DNA of 57,968 nucleotides, filler included, from Dugesia japonica (GCA_001938525.1; 5 parts of 5 records of this genome joined end to end with filler, not necessarily neighbours in it), one strand, 5' to 3'; positions 36,909 to 52,689 are shown, counted from the first letter of the whole stretch. Notes: a model not told the origin generated them from the letters alone. Numbers and translations: made by a program.

Positions 36909-37091
36909 TTTTAAAATTATTTTATTTATATTAAATAATAAAGTAATCTATTTATAGAACTGTATGGCGCGCCGTAATTTTCTATATTTATAGAAACTAA
37001 TAAAAATTTTATAAAAAGTAAGCTTAATAAAAGAAAAGTAATATTTTGATTTAAATAATCATTAAATTTTATTTAAATTCTTTTTATGAAC

Positions 37092-40000
37092 TTAATTTCT
37101 ATAACCAAAAGGTAATGTTGTAATTCCATCATCTAAAATAATTCTTTTATCATCAAATGGATCTAAAGCAATTTTTTTCTCTTCAATTAAATAGATATCG
37201 TGATAATTCGACATTAATCTAAAATTATTCGAAAAAATTGTTAAACTTTTATTTAAACAATCTTCATAATCCTTTGTGTTCATTTTCTTTTGTGAAACTA
37301 CAGTTATTCCTTTTAATTTTATTACTTGTTTTAAATTATCTTTTTCGTAAGAATAGCATTTAGATTTTAAAAATAATGCTTTAGTTATAAAATCTTTCCC
37401 TTCTAATTCATCTTTAAATTTACATAAATCCGTTGGATGAATATATTCATTAAATTTACTAACTTCTTCTATTGTTGAATTAATCGGGACAACTATTTCT
37501 AAAAATATCGAATCACAATCAGTATATATAATTTTCCAATCATTTATTCTTTGATCAATACAATCGTAAATAAATTGATACATTATTAATTTCGATAATT
37601 CTANNNNNNNNNNNNNNNNNNNNNNNNNNNNNNNNNNNNNNNNNNNNNNNNNNAATTATTCGAAAAAATTGTTAAACTTTTATTTAAACAATCTTCATAA
37701 TCCTTTGTGTTCATTTTCTTTTGTGAAGCTTCATTTATTCCTTTTAATTTTATTACTTGTTTTAAATTATTTTTTTCGTAAGAATAGCATTTAGATTTTA
37801 AAAATAGTGCTTCAGTTATAAAATCTTTCCCTTCTAATTCATCTTTAAATTTACATAAATNCGTTGGATGTATATATTCATTAAATTTACTAACTTCTTC
37901 TTCTATTGTTGAATTAATCGGGACAACTATTTCTAAAAATATCGAATCACAATCAGTATAGTGAATTTTCCAATCATTTATTCTTTGATCAATACAATCG
38001 TAAATAAATTGATACATTATTAATTTCGATAATTCTAATATAGTAAATCCAATAAAATTNAATTTATCGTGTAAAACTTTATTTCTTAATAAATGTACAG
38101 CAACAACATCTTTACTAAATATTTTTTCCGATTTAAAGTTAGGTTTGGAAACATGACTTTTATAAGTCGTATAATCATAAACTATTTCAATATTTTGTCT
38201 ATTTCTTACATTTTCTAATGTTTTTCCATAAAAGCATTATTCATTAATTTATAGAACGTATCTCCAAATTTATCTCGATTTCTTTTAGCAATATTTCTTT
38301 CCTCAATATTAAAATCAATATAACACTTTAACCAATTCGATTTATAATAAATTAATTTTCTATGAATTTTATTTATTTTTATTCCGTGATCAACATACCA
38401 ATCTAACATTCTTCCTTCAATAACATAATTGAATTTATTATTTTGATTTAAAATTAATTTTTCATTTGGTTTATAATTATGAGGCTTAAAGTTATTTTGA
38501 TATTCGCCGAATTGATTTTCAGTCGGTTTATATTTTTCAGGGAGAAAAGGATAATATATATTTTTAATTTCATTTGGATATTCTAAATCAACTTCATAAA
38601 CAAAACCGGGATTATAATAATAATTAACGATTGTATTATTTCTGGGATTATATGCATTAGAAAGAGTTTTTTCGTAAATTAAATTATCATCCCAAATCAT
38701 TTTTCCAGCTGGTAATTCTTGAATCATTGCTGATGGATATAAACTATTCGCATCGTAATATAATAAATAATTTTCTTTATAATTATTTAATTCTTCAATT
38801 GTATTAACGTTTCTAGTTAAAATATTTTTATAAGCTTCANNNNNNNNNNNNNNNNNNNNNNNNNNNNNNNNNNNNNNNNNNNNNGAAGAAACCCCACCTC
38901 TTACTCCTTTTTCAAAAAATAATAATTTATCATAAGAATCTTCTTTATAATGAATTAATTTTACTTTTGTATATTTCAATCCAGCCAACCAAATTAATCC
39001 AGGCGTTGAATAACAATAAGAGGGATCGATTCCGTATTTTTCATAACATTCTTTTCTAAATTTCTCGAATAGATCTGTTAATATTAAAACGTCGATTTTT
39101 AAATATTTCATCGTATAATCGTACATATTTCTACAATTTAATTCATTCCAATTATCTTGAGATTTTTGATAATCTTCAACAGAAATATTCGATTGTTTTA
39201 ATTTTGAATAAAATTTTTCATGTTCAGGTAATTGAGTTTCTCTCATTATATTAATTATATCATCAAAACTAGAATTATATTTAATATATTCGTATGGATA
39301 AATTCCTTTCATATTTCCTAAATTATTAGCTGTTAGAAATTTACAATCTTCAATTTTTAAAGTTGAACCCATAAATTCTAAACTATATGGCATACAAAAT
39401 CGAAATGTATCTAAAATTCTAATATAACCAATTTGTAATGAAATATATTCTTCACCAGTTTTAGTTAATCGTTTTATTTTACAGGATTTAACATATTCAG
39501 ATTTAAGTAAATCTTTAAATAATTAATGAATATCATATTTTGAACCATTATAAAAATACATTGGAACAAAATTAACTTTTTTAGCTTTTAAATTACATTG
39601 CTTATGAGCTGCTCCTCTAAATTTTCCATTTAAATGATCGTGATCTCTTACTTTACAATTAATATATTGTTTATTATTATGAATAAACCTTCTTGTAGTT
39701 AAATTTAATTCCTTTTCACAATAACATCTTGTTGAATTAATAAAATTAATTTCATCTTTTTCGGTCATTTCTATTGGATAATTAGTTTTTAATAAATTTT
39801 TAAAATTAACATCAAGTTCTTCAAAAAATTTTACAAATTCTGTTACTGCTGTTTCTCCGAAGAATTCATAATATCTTGATTCTACTAATTCTGGATAATC
39901 AGAAATGATTTGAATGCCAAATCACATTGCTTCTTGTTTAAATAATTTATTACTAGTAGAATCTTGATTAATTTTATTAAATGCTTCAAAATTTGAATAA

Positions 40001-41754
40001 ATTCTAAATGGAACTTTATTTTTATAATGAAATTTATCAAATTCAAAATATTTTTTAATTGGGAATGTATTTTCGGCAGGACTATTTCCTCTACAATCCA
40101 AAGCAAAATGTTTATTTAATGTTTCAATTGATCTAAAAGAGCATAAACAATTTAAACATGGAAATGCTCTATTATTTGCTGAATACCTTAAAAAAGTTGA
40201 AACATCTTTACATAAAACATAGTGGCCTTTTAAATTTTCTTCAGAATAATTATTTGAATAGNNNNNNNNNNNNNNNNNNNNNNNNNNNNNNNNNNNNNNN
40301 NNNNNNNNNNNNNNNNNNNNNNNNNNNNNNNNNNNNNNNNNNNNNNNNNNNNNNNNNNNNNNNNNNNNNNNNNNNNNNNNNNNNNNNNNNNNNNNNNNNN
40401 NNNNNNNNNNNNNNNNNNNNNNNNNNNNNNNNNNNNNNNNNNNNNNNNNNNNNNNNNNNNNNNNNNNNNNNTATGATTCTGGATTTAGAGGATTAATTTC
40501 ATTTGGATGTAATGAAGCCAAAATTGACCAAATAAAACAATAATCATCATTATTTTCAATATTTAGTAAATTAGTTTCAATAAATGGTAATTTAATATAC
40601 GAACCGACAAAAGANNNNNNNNNNNNNNNNNNNNNNNNNNNNNNNNNNNNNNNNNNNNNNNNNNTTTCAAAAACATTTATTTTTAAAGAAGGATTTATTG
40701 AACAAAATACTTTGATATCTTTTAAAGATAAAGGAAATTTTAAATTATTATTTAAATTTATTTCATTAAAATAATTATANTATGATTCTGGATTTAGAGG
40801 ATTAATTTCATTTGGATGTAATGAAGCCAAAATTGACCAAATAAAACAATAATCATCATTATTTTCAATATTTAGTAAATTAGTTTCAATAAATGGTAAT
40901 TTAATATACGAACCGACAAAAGAAGTTCTATATTCACAAATTGTTAAAGAAATTTGTACTAAACTAGTAATATTTAAACCACTTCCTCTTGCTTGAAAAT
41001 CGTCCATTTGAGTTCTAAATTGATTATAAATTTCATTTAAATTATTTTCAATATCATTTAATGATGCAACTACTTTTGCTTGATGAGAAATCCCATAATC
41101 AAAAATTGTTTCATTAGGTGTTAAATATTTGCAAACTAGATTAATTCTCATTTTAAAAGCATTGATATTTGGAAAATAATAATTAGTTAATAATTCTTTG
41201 AAAATATTTAAATAATCAATTGGGATTTCTCTTCTGTTATTATTTTCATCAAATACTTTCGTAATTGCAACTAATTCGTTTCTATTAAATAAATTAAATC
41301 TTTGTAAACATTTAATGTTTAAAAAATTGATTAATTATTGATTATTTTCTAAAGCTGAAAATCTTTGAATATTTTGAATTTGTCTTAATTTATTTAAATG
41401 CTCTCTTCCGTTTATATGTGTATTTAAATTCTATTGATTTCGAAAATTTCAATTACAGATTTCACAATGAAATTGATTATTTTGATCATTTTGATTATTT
41501 TGATTATTTTGAAAATTTAAAAGATTATTTCTATGTTGATTAGAAGAAGTTTCATGTCCTCTTAAACCACCTAAATTTCTAAAAGAAACGTTACAAATTG
41601 AACAATAGAATTGATTATATTGAATATTATCATTTTGAATTAAAAGAGCATTTCTATGTCGAATTGAAGAAGTCTCATTCCCTCTTAAACCCTGAATACA
41701 TCTTAAATGAGTATTACATAAATTACAATATAATTGGTTAATTTGTTGAGCCAT
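37092..41754 (-). pseudogene. Polinton/Maverick-adintovirus-type protein-primed DNA polymerase B with N-terminal zinc-finger repeats, disrupted
   Basis: QARGSG..SYIKLP..NIENNDDYCFIWSILASLHP, KVRDHDHLNGKFRGAAHKQCNL, FYNGSKYDIH (exo II), KGIYPYEY, YLKIDVLILTDLFEKFR (exo III), GVRGGVS, YYDANSLYPSAM (motif A), FYKLMNNA (motif B), YTDCDS (motif C) and KLKG. Multiple stops and frameshifts; the C-terminal ~450 bp is duplicated across a gap. Confidence 0.93.
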
Positions 41755-41785
41755 AACTTTATTTTTTTTTTATAAAATATTTTAT

Positions 41786-42331
41786 TTATTTATTTTTCAT
41801 TATTTCATTTACTTTATTTTTTATTTCTTCTTCAATTAAATTATTTAATTCTTTTCCTTGTTCCTTAAACAAAAAGATCCAAAGATATTCCCCGGTAATC
41901 ATCCAAATTTCATTTTTATCTTTAAAATTTTTGGGAATTTGATCTTTTAAACAACCGTAAACAACTTGATAATTTGGGTATAAAAATTTAAATTTGTGTA
42001 ATTTTCGATAACTATAATTATCTGTATTTTTATTAAATGGTGCATATTTTAATTCGAACGCTATTTTTCTTTTTTCGCATTTAAAGTCAATTCCTATAGA
42101 TTGTTTTTCAAAACCCAAATATTCCAATATTTCTTTATAAATCACACTTATTCTTGTTTTAATATAAGAAATTGTTGCAAAAATATATTGATGATCCTCA
42201 GTAAAACTACCCATATAGGAATCATTAGGTTTTTTATTTAAATAATCGTATTTAGAAAGTGGTGTTAAATTTTTATTAATTATTTCTCTTATTCTTAATC
42301 TTAAATTGCTATCATTAATTATATTTTGCAT
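41786..42331 (-). CDS. PD-(D/E)xK restriction-endonuclease-like protein
   Basis: E(ILEYLG)..GIDF......IAFELK..NTDN....KL.KFK..PNY..VYG..ITGEYLW.FLF gives E..D-x(10)-ExK catalytic spacing. Intact 181 aa, ending 31 bp before the pPolB ATG. Confidence 0.7.
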   Translation of the reverse strand: MQNIINDSNLRLRIREIINKNLTPLSKYDYLNKKPNDSYMGSFTEDHQYIFATISYIKTRISVIYKEILEYLGFEKQSIGIDFKCEKRKIAFELKYAPFNKNTDNYSYRKLHKFKFLYPNYQVVYGCLKDQIPKNFKDKNEIWMITGEYLWIFLFKEQGKELNNLIEEEIKNKVNEIMKNK

Positions 42332-42859
42332 TCTTTTTTCTTTAAAATCATTGTTAATTTAAAATAAATTTTAAAAATTTAATTTTATTAATTTAAATTT
42401 TTATTCTTTTCCTTTTATATTGTTTATTTGGGAATTTACTAAATCACTTTAAGGGAATTATTATTATAAAAATGGTGATTTAACTGCGGAAAAATGGAAA
42501 AAAATTTCATTAATATAAACATGAAAACTATAGATTAGAAAAATTAATCCCTTCATTAACCCATTATTAAATTTCCATACATAGAAATGATTCGAGTAAT
42601 AAAAATGATAAACCAATAATGCGAAAAACTCAGAAAAAAGGTAACTGGAAGAAATCGGAAATAACCCAAAATTACATTATTGGATTTGGGAAATATTTAG
42701 AGTAATTAAATAAATTTCATGAATTTTATTCATTTAATTAATTGACAATTTTACTCAAAAGATGCAAAAAAGCCTCAAAAGTAGCCATTTAGGAACTAGA
42801 AGAATGCCTCCCAAAAATCAGGGTGGGTAAGGTGGGTGGTACCCTCAACTCCCCATTAC

Positions 42860-42952
42860 TTAATATGTTTTTTATAGAAAAAAAATGCAATACTAATATG
42901 ATTTTGATAGAAAAATTGCAACACTAATATGTTTTTTTTTATAGAAAAATTG
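42860..42952. repeat. Three-copy ~31-bp tandem repeat (TAATATG(T)nATAGAAAAATTGCAA)
   Basis: Directly visible. Confidence 0.75.
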
Positions 42953-43054
42953 AGTCTTTTTTCATTTTTATTATAAAAACTAAATAAAGAAAACTAAATA
43001 AATAAAAAAAGACTGAATTATAATAATACATTTATTTGATTTAACAAAAAACAA

Positions 43055-44323
43055 TTAATAGAAACAAAAATAATTGTCATAGTTCTCCAGTTCAATCCGA
43101 TGTTTCTCCATGGCAACCATCAGATTAAACTTTCCGCACCCGAAACAATCAGGTGCGCAAAATTCAGCTGCCATATATTGGTTGACAATGGAATCCGGGA
43201 GCATTGGGTTCCTTTCTTCGTCTAATAATCCACGTTTTTCCAACAATTTTTGAATGAGACGGTGTCATTGACGTAAGCTATTCGGTAATTAGACGCGTAG
43301 CACTGGAATGAAGAAATATAATTAGATTTTTATAATATAAACTACATACACATCAATATTTAATTAGAAGGAAAATCTTTAGATTAACATAAACGAACGG
43401 AAAACAAGACATTATAGATTGAGGGGACATTTTTTTACAAAACCAAAGAATAAGATATCATGGCCGCGTTGTTTGAGTATCCTTATCGACCATTAGAGGT
43501 TCGAGCGGCATGGCTTTCTTTAGATTTAATATGTCCGAGACCAGTTTATTCTCACTCTCATGGAGGGACCGGATGATTTCGGCAAAAGACTCTAATTGGG
43601 TCTTCCAGAGTCTCTCCTGAGTGTGGGAAGCATCTGTCTCTTTCCATAAAAACGATGCACTTAGCCTTATAACGTTTTACTTTGCTTTCTGCGTTTGAAG
43701 TATCCGCCTCAAAACGGCGTTTCACGAGACGGTAGAGGTCCCACGTCATTTCCGTGTCCTCACTGGTTTCCATCACTTTCTTAGTGGGAGCCGTTGATNG
43801 ATTCAAAGATGAATGCACTATAAAGATAAGAACGACATTAATAACGGCAAAAAATTAAATAAATTCAAACAATTCATCAACACTCCAATTATTCGTATTT
43901 CTTACTAAAGCCATTGCAAAATAACAGTGAAACAAAATAATAACACGGATATTTTTATTAACAAACAATTAAAGATAGTATTCATAATGAAGTCTAAATA
44001 ACTTGGACGGAATCAGAGTTCTCAGATTTACCCCCACTTTCAGCGTTGCAGATATTTCATAAATTATTTTTGATATAAGCATCCATGCCTGAAAACGATG
44101 GTAAATGATTGGTGGTAATACTCACCATAGAGGGACCTTCATGCCACTGTCTACCAACGTTGGGCTCTCCATTTATATCTACTTGAGTACTAGTGACCGC
44201 ATGATAGACGGCACGAGCTCGATTTGGCCCATCCCAGTCGTAAAACGATTGCCGATTAGCCGCATCCATTTGTCTTTCTTCATTGGCTACTGTGTCTGGC
44301 ACGTTGGAGTGATTGACTAACAC
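43055..44323 (-). CDS. Cluster of three short GC-elevated orphan ORFs/exons (43055-43246, 43558-43818, 44057-44323)
   Basis: Markedly higher GC and CpG than flanks, same strand, pyrimidine-AG acceptors upstream of two of them (TTCATTCCAG, TCTTTATAG). No recognisable domain. Confidence 0.35.
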
Positions 44324-45029
44324 TCCCGCATCCCTTATAATGGTTTTTATATCTCCTAAATACGGTCCGGCCAGTTACACGATCTAAGACAATTTCCCAT
44401 TTATACTCCATCTTAAAATTATTTTAGCAATTATTAATGATAAAAATGAAAATAAAGTAATATGGCGTAATTAAATGAAAGAAACGTAATGAGCCGAATA
44501 CTGAATAGTTATTTAATATTTATTTTAGAAAAGGAATGAAACAGATGACAGCGATAAATTTATTGGGAGGACTAGACTTAATCATCTATGTCCGTCTTTA
44601 AGTTCAATGAGAACATCTCGGCGAAAAATTGTAGGTCCGTTTCGTCGGGATGTTCGATCTTTCCGCACGACAGGTTAACAGTTGTTTTCTGCGAATCTTA
44701 CGTCTCTCTTGTCGAATCAATTTTAGAGTGTTTATCAAAATATTGGACATGGACAATCTGAATTAATGATTATTATTATTTTGTAATGTAACTAGAATTT
44801 TATGAGATGCAGGCACATAATAAAGAGGACTCTGCGCTAGGCGTGGCATCCGTTCCTTAAATGCAATCCGGTAAAAAAAAACACTAAATTATGATATCCG
44901 GTGCTTGCATCGATAATAATTGTAATTAACATGATAATGCCCATAATAAATAACTCAATCATAGTGACCAAAGTAATAATAACAAGGCAAAATGACGGTA
45001 ATGATAATCGCATCCATTAGAGCAATGTT

Positions 45030-45330
45030 AGAGTAATAATAATAACTTCCAACCCAAAATTAGAATAATAATAAATGGTTAATAATTTTCATAATATTAG
45101 TAACTGTAATACCGTTAATACTAATAGTAATAATCATGATAGCAATAATAATAATGTTACTGATAATAATAATAATAATAATAATAACACTAATAATAAT
45201 AATGATACTACGAACGGTAATAATAATGATACTACGAACGGTAATAATAACAATAATAATATTAATGTGAACAATACTCATAGTAACCTTATTACTCATA
45301 GAGATAATAATAATTATATTACTTATCCAA
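45030..45330. repeat. Degenerate (AAT)n low-complexity tract
   Basis: AAT-derived repeats with an internal 21-bp duplication (AATGATACTACGAACGGTAAT). Confidence 0.85.
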
Positions 45331-45463
45331 TATCAGTGATAATGATTTTAATATTAATCATACTACTTGTGAGGTCAATAATGACGTCAACATAATAATA
45401 GCAAACCCACCGATAACAGCATCATCTTTGGCAACAATAATGGTATGACGATTTTGTAGGATT

Positions 45464-45563
45464 NNNNNNNNNNNNNNNNNNNNNNNNNNNNNNNNNNNNN
45501 NNNNNNNTTAATTAATTAANNNNNNNNNNNNNNNNNNNNNNNNNNNNNNNNNNNNNNNNNNNN
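45464..45563. other. Artificial scaffold-joining spacer
   Basis: 44N-TTAATTAATTAA-44N. Confidence 0.95.
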
Positions 45564-46514
45564 GGGTGGAGATCAAAACAAATTATCTTTTACGATCTCT
45601 TTTTTATAAGATATTAGGCTCAAAATGAGAAATTGAAATTTTTCATTATTATATTTTATAATATTAAATAAATTATTCGAATTTTACCGGAATTTTCAAA
45701 ATTTCCAATCACCTCGTTATTAATTTCCTTCTCAATGTGAACTTATAGAATTCGAATGCAATAAATTGAAACTCAATTGTAACAACTATCTTGAAATTAA
45801 AAAATTTTCTTTCTTATATTATTACAGAGTCTACAGGACCAAAAATAGTTATGTAAAGAAAGTTTTTATGAATTTTTTAAAATACTTTTCATTTTTGATT
45901 TCTTATATTTTTGTTTTTATTCCAAATTTAGAAGGGAATAAACCCCAAAACATTTTGGCTGCGTGCCAGTATGAATGTTTAACAAATTGGATAGTTAATA
46001 AATAGGTCATATTTGTGCAAATGTAAAGAATGTTTGTTAAAACAGATGTGAATTGAATTCCAAACATATTTTCCTGATGGACTGCAACATGCATAATTTA
46101 CACACCATACTTTAGGTTTCATCAATTCTACTGTATTTTACCAAAAAGTATTTTATAATTTCTAACCAAAAGTTAAAAGTAGAATTATGATATTATTTTA
46201 TCAAATTAATAAAATAAAAAAATAGAATTATAATACTATTATTTTATTGTAATACTATTATTATAGTAGTATTACACATATATATATAAATTGAAATGAA
46301 TTTTTTTTGTATAATTTATTTTATAGAATTACTATAATTTGCTGAATTGAACTTTTATTTGTCAATCTTCATATGTTTGCTTCATAATCTCAATACTTTT
46401 GTCAAGCAATATCCTTCATTATTTCTTCTTTCTTTCAGTCAGTTTCTTGGTCTGTTTTTTTCTATATTTATCTCTTTTCTTCTTCTTATTGTTATTATTA
46501 TTGTTATTATTATA

Positions 46515-46559
<45 letters not shown>

Positions 46560-46676
46560 NNNNNNNNNNNNNNNNNNNNNNNNNNNNNNNNNNNNNNNNN
46601 NNNNNNNNNNNNNNNNNNNNNNNNNNNNNNNNNNNNNNNNNNNNNNNNNNNNNNNNNNNNNNNNNNNNNNNNATAC

Positions 46677-49809
<3,133 letters not shown>

Positions 49810-51183
49810 CTTTTTTTTNNNNNNNNNNNNNNNNNNNNNNNNNNNNNNNNNNNNNNNNNTTCACTAAATTTGCAATAAATTGGCCAGGGATTGTAATATT
49901 ATTTATATTCTAGGATTCGATGATGTCATTTGTGTTTCTTTCTTTCCTCCATACATATTACATCGAATAATCTAAGTGGCATCAGACACGCGAATGAATC
50001 ATTCATCATTGAAAAAGACACACAATAATGTTTTAGAATACCAATTTTTTTCTCTAGTATTAGCGATCTCTTATTTGTTGATCGACAACCAAACCAATCA
50101 GTAATTTATTATTAACTAAACTTTAAATGGAAAAAAGCAAAGCGTTTGTGAAAAGTGTAAGAAATTATTAGACATATAAGTTTATAAACCAGACAAATCA
50201 ATCTTGTTATGACGGAGTTTTTCAAATAAATTTCTGTTTCTTTAACAAATTATTATATAGTGATGAATAATACAAGAAATTCATATTGATATGGATAAAT
50301 TTCCTAATAGAATTTATTGNNNNNNNNNNNNNNNNATAAGTGATAAAGAGATGATGACTCAGTAGTGGCTTAATTAATCGGTTTGGAATTTTCCAGATTT
50401 TAACCCGGTTTTTATTTTGATACTCCACATCTTATAGTGCATATCATTTAATTGATGCATATCATTTTAATAATTGTTATAATTTCACTATTTCTTTTAA
50501 CCATCAGAGTTTATATTTTTTCTTTGAAATATTGTTACATTTATTTAGATATAAAGTTTACATACGCATAAAATTGACGACATAAAAAGTAGAGAAGTAT
50601 ATATAAAATAAATATATAAAAAATTTAACATAATAATAATCAATGCAAAATCATAACTGAAAATCTTTTCAATGTTCAATAAAAAATAAATAACGCCATT
50701 TAAAATAAAACTTTATTGTTATACATTTCGACNNNNNNNNNNNNNNNNNNNNNNNNNNNNNNNNNNNNNNNNNNNNNNNNNNNNNNNNNNNNNNNCAAAG
50801 ATTCAAGCAATTATACTGTAATATGGCTATAAATTCTTGATTTTTTAATTTTAACAATTTATCAATAAATTTTTTTCCCCTATAATATTTCATTAAAATT
50901 ACTATTTTTCTGTTTTTTTCTCTATAGTAATATTTTATTAAAGCTACTGTTTTACAACTATAAAAATTTTTTTAAATTTTATATTATATTAAAATTTGTT
51001 TCTTAATAAAATAATAAAAATAATAATAATTGAAAATTTTACATTAAAATTTGTCCAAAAATTGAAAAAAAATTTTATATCTAAAAAATTAAAATTTTTT
51101 TAATCAATTTAGTCGAAATAGCATTAGTAGTACATTGATTCTAATTAATAATACATTAATGCTTGGATTATGAAATCTTATTA

Positions 51184-51900
51184 TTAATGCCTCATACAAC
51201 AATATCTCNCAGTAATTCTTAAATTGCTTTGACAAAATTTTAAAATTTGAAATTTCAACAGTCTCATTGCAATTACTTTTATTTTAATTATTATGCTCAG
51301 CAATATTACTACCACCAACAAAACGATTATGCTCTTGAACCCTTGTAGACAGATGATGGACAGTCTCTCCAATGTATGTGGCATCACACCCATTACACCC
51401 AAACCAATAGATGTATGGGATTTATTAACAAACCTATTAATAATCATATGTGAAGTAGAAACAATTTTCAATAAAGGAAAATCCTTAGCAGCTTTTCGTA
51501 TCGAATTCTTAAACTTCTTGAAACCTTCAGGATAAGGAATCGATAAAATAAATGTTTTATAAAAGTTTGATAAAGTGTTATCAGGTTCAGGATTATTCAA
51601 CACAGTTTCAGTCTTTTTATCGATATCAATAATATTACCAAACAATATTTTATCAATTGTCTGCAAAGTCAACGAATTTAAAAATTGTTTCTTATATCCA
51701 TTTGCTTGCAGTAACTTTAATAAATGTTCAATATTTTTAATGGATTTAGAATGAGTAGAGGACTATGACCAAGAACGAAATACTAAATCCTTTATCATGT
51801 TAATTTTATAAGTAGAATCACAAAAACTATTTGGGGTAGCATACAAGCCAGTACCACTTTTCTTTCTGTAGATTTCAGTCTCATAATATGTTGATTTTCT
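51184..51900 (-). mobile_element. Penelope-like element 3' fragment (RT thumb + GIY-YIG), second divergent copy
   Basis: TEIYRKKSGTGLYATPNSFCDSTYK..LQANGY, LSIPY and YWFGCNGCDATYIGETVHHLSTRVQEH; homologous to 4200-4740. Confidence 0.88.
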
Positions 51901-52689
51901 TTTAATTTTTCTTTATCTTTTACTTTTAATTACTCTTACCCAAATTTTAACTTTTTAATATTGTATTTTAAATAAGTGTTCAAAGAATCCAATGTTGTTA
52001 AATATATTAAAATGAAATCTTCAGTTTCAGTAAAATCTTAAACTGTCTGAAAATTACTAGAAAATACAAACTCTTTTTGTCTAAAATTAATTCTCTATAA
52101 TAATGAAAATTTATAGTTTACAATAAAGAAAAAACAATAGCCAAATTTAAATCATGTTCTCAAATTCAAAATAAAAGTTGATTTCATTACAAAATTCAGT
52201 GAGATTGACAAAATTTCATTTCTGAGTAAGAAATGATCTAAATGACTGGTTTGCTGATTCATTATGATTCATTTTTCAGAATTATTTTCAATTTACTTTA
52301 TTGGCCAATGTGTAATGAAATTAATTGTAAAATAATTTGATTAGAAATATCGATAAATCTACTTGTCTCATTTTATTTTTGTACAGTCAGATCATTTCTA
52401 TTTGCAGACATATTCTGAGTTTAAATATTCGAATTGTTTTTAATACACATTAAAAAGCGTTGGATGAATTAGAATTATTGGAATAATTACGTAATCGAAC
52501 AAAGACAATATTATTGACTCTTATTATTGGGTTTTATCAGAATTTTCCGTGATTTTCTTTTTTTATTGTAAATTGTAGTTTATTAACAGACATCATTTAT
52601 ATTATTTAAAAATAGCATTTATTTAAAAACCCATTTTGTGCTCTTCAAATCTCAGTATCTCTTTTAATATGTCAGTAAACTTTATTTAA

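Noticed and set aside
37092-38040. Tandem duplication of the pPolB C-terminus (and of 40471-40614 vs 40781-40923, 49180-49192 vs 49315-49327) as real domain duplication
   Set aside because: Near-identical copies directly flank N gaps, typical of unmerged haplotypes or contig overlaps.
18497-42331. CRESS/PLA2 island and pPolB module as a single bidnavirus-like or giant chimeric element
   Set aside because: They lie on different scaffolds separated by an artificial spacer and 12 kb of TE debris.
42820-42856. G-quadruplex motif GGGTGGGTAAGGTGGGTGG
   Set aside because: Only three G3 runs; no supporting context.
45060-45395. Asn-rich / Ile-rich ORFs
   Set aside because: Degenerate AAT repeat that is open by composition; no other coding evidence.
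46267-46275. Perfect circovirus-type nonanucleotide TAGTATTAC
   Set aside because: It is on another scaffold, in AT-rich low-complexity DNA, without a GC stem, and is expected by chance.
45564-46676. Alpha-tubulin truncated as a pseudogene
   Set aside because: Exon 6 ends at a proper GT donor next to a gap and near the scaffold end, so the missing exon is more simply an assembly limit. The visible exons have no lesions.
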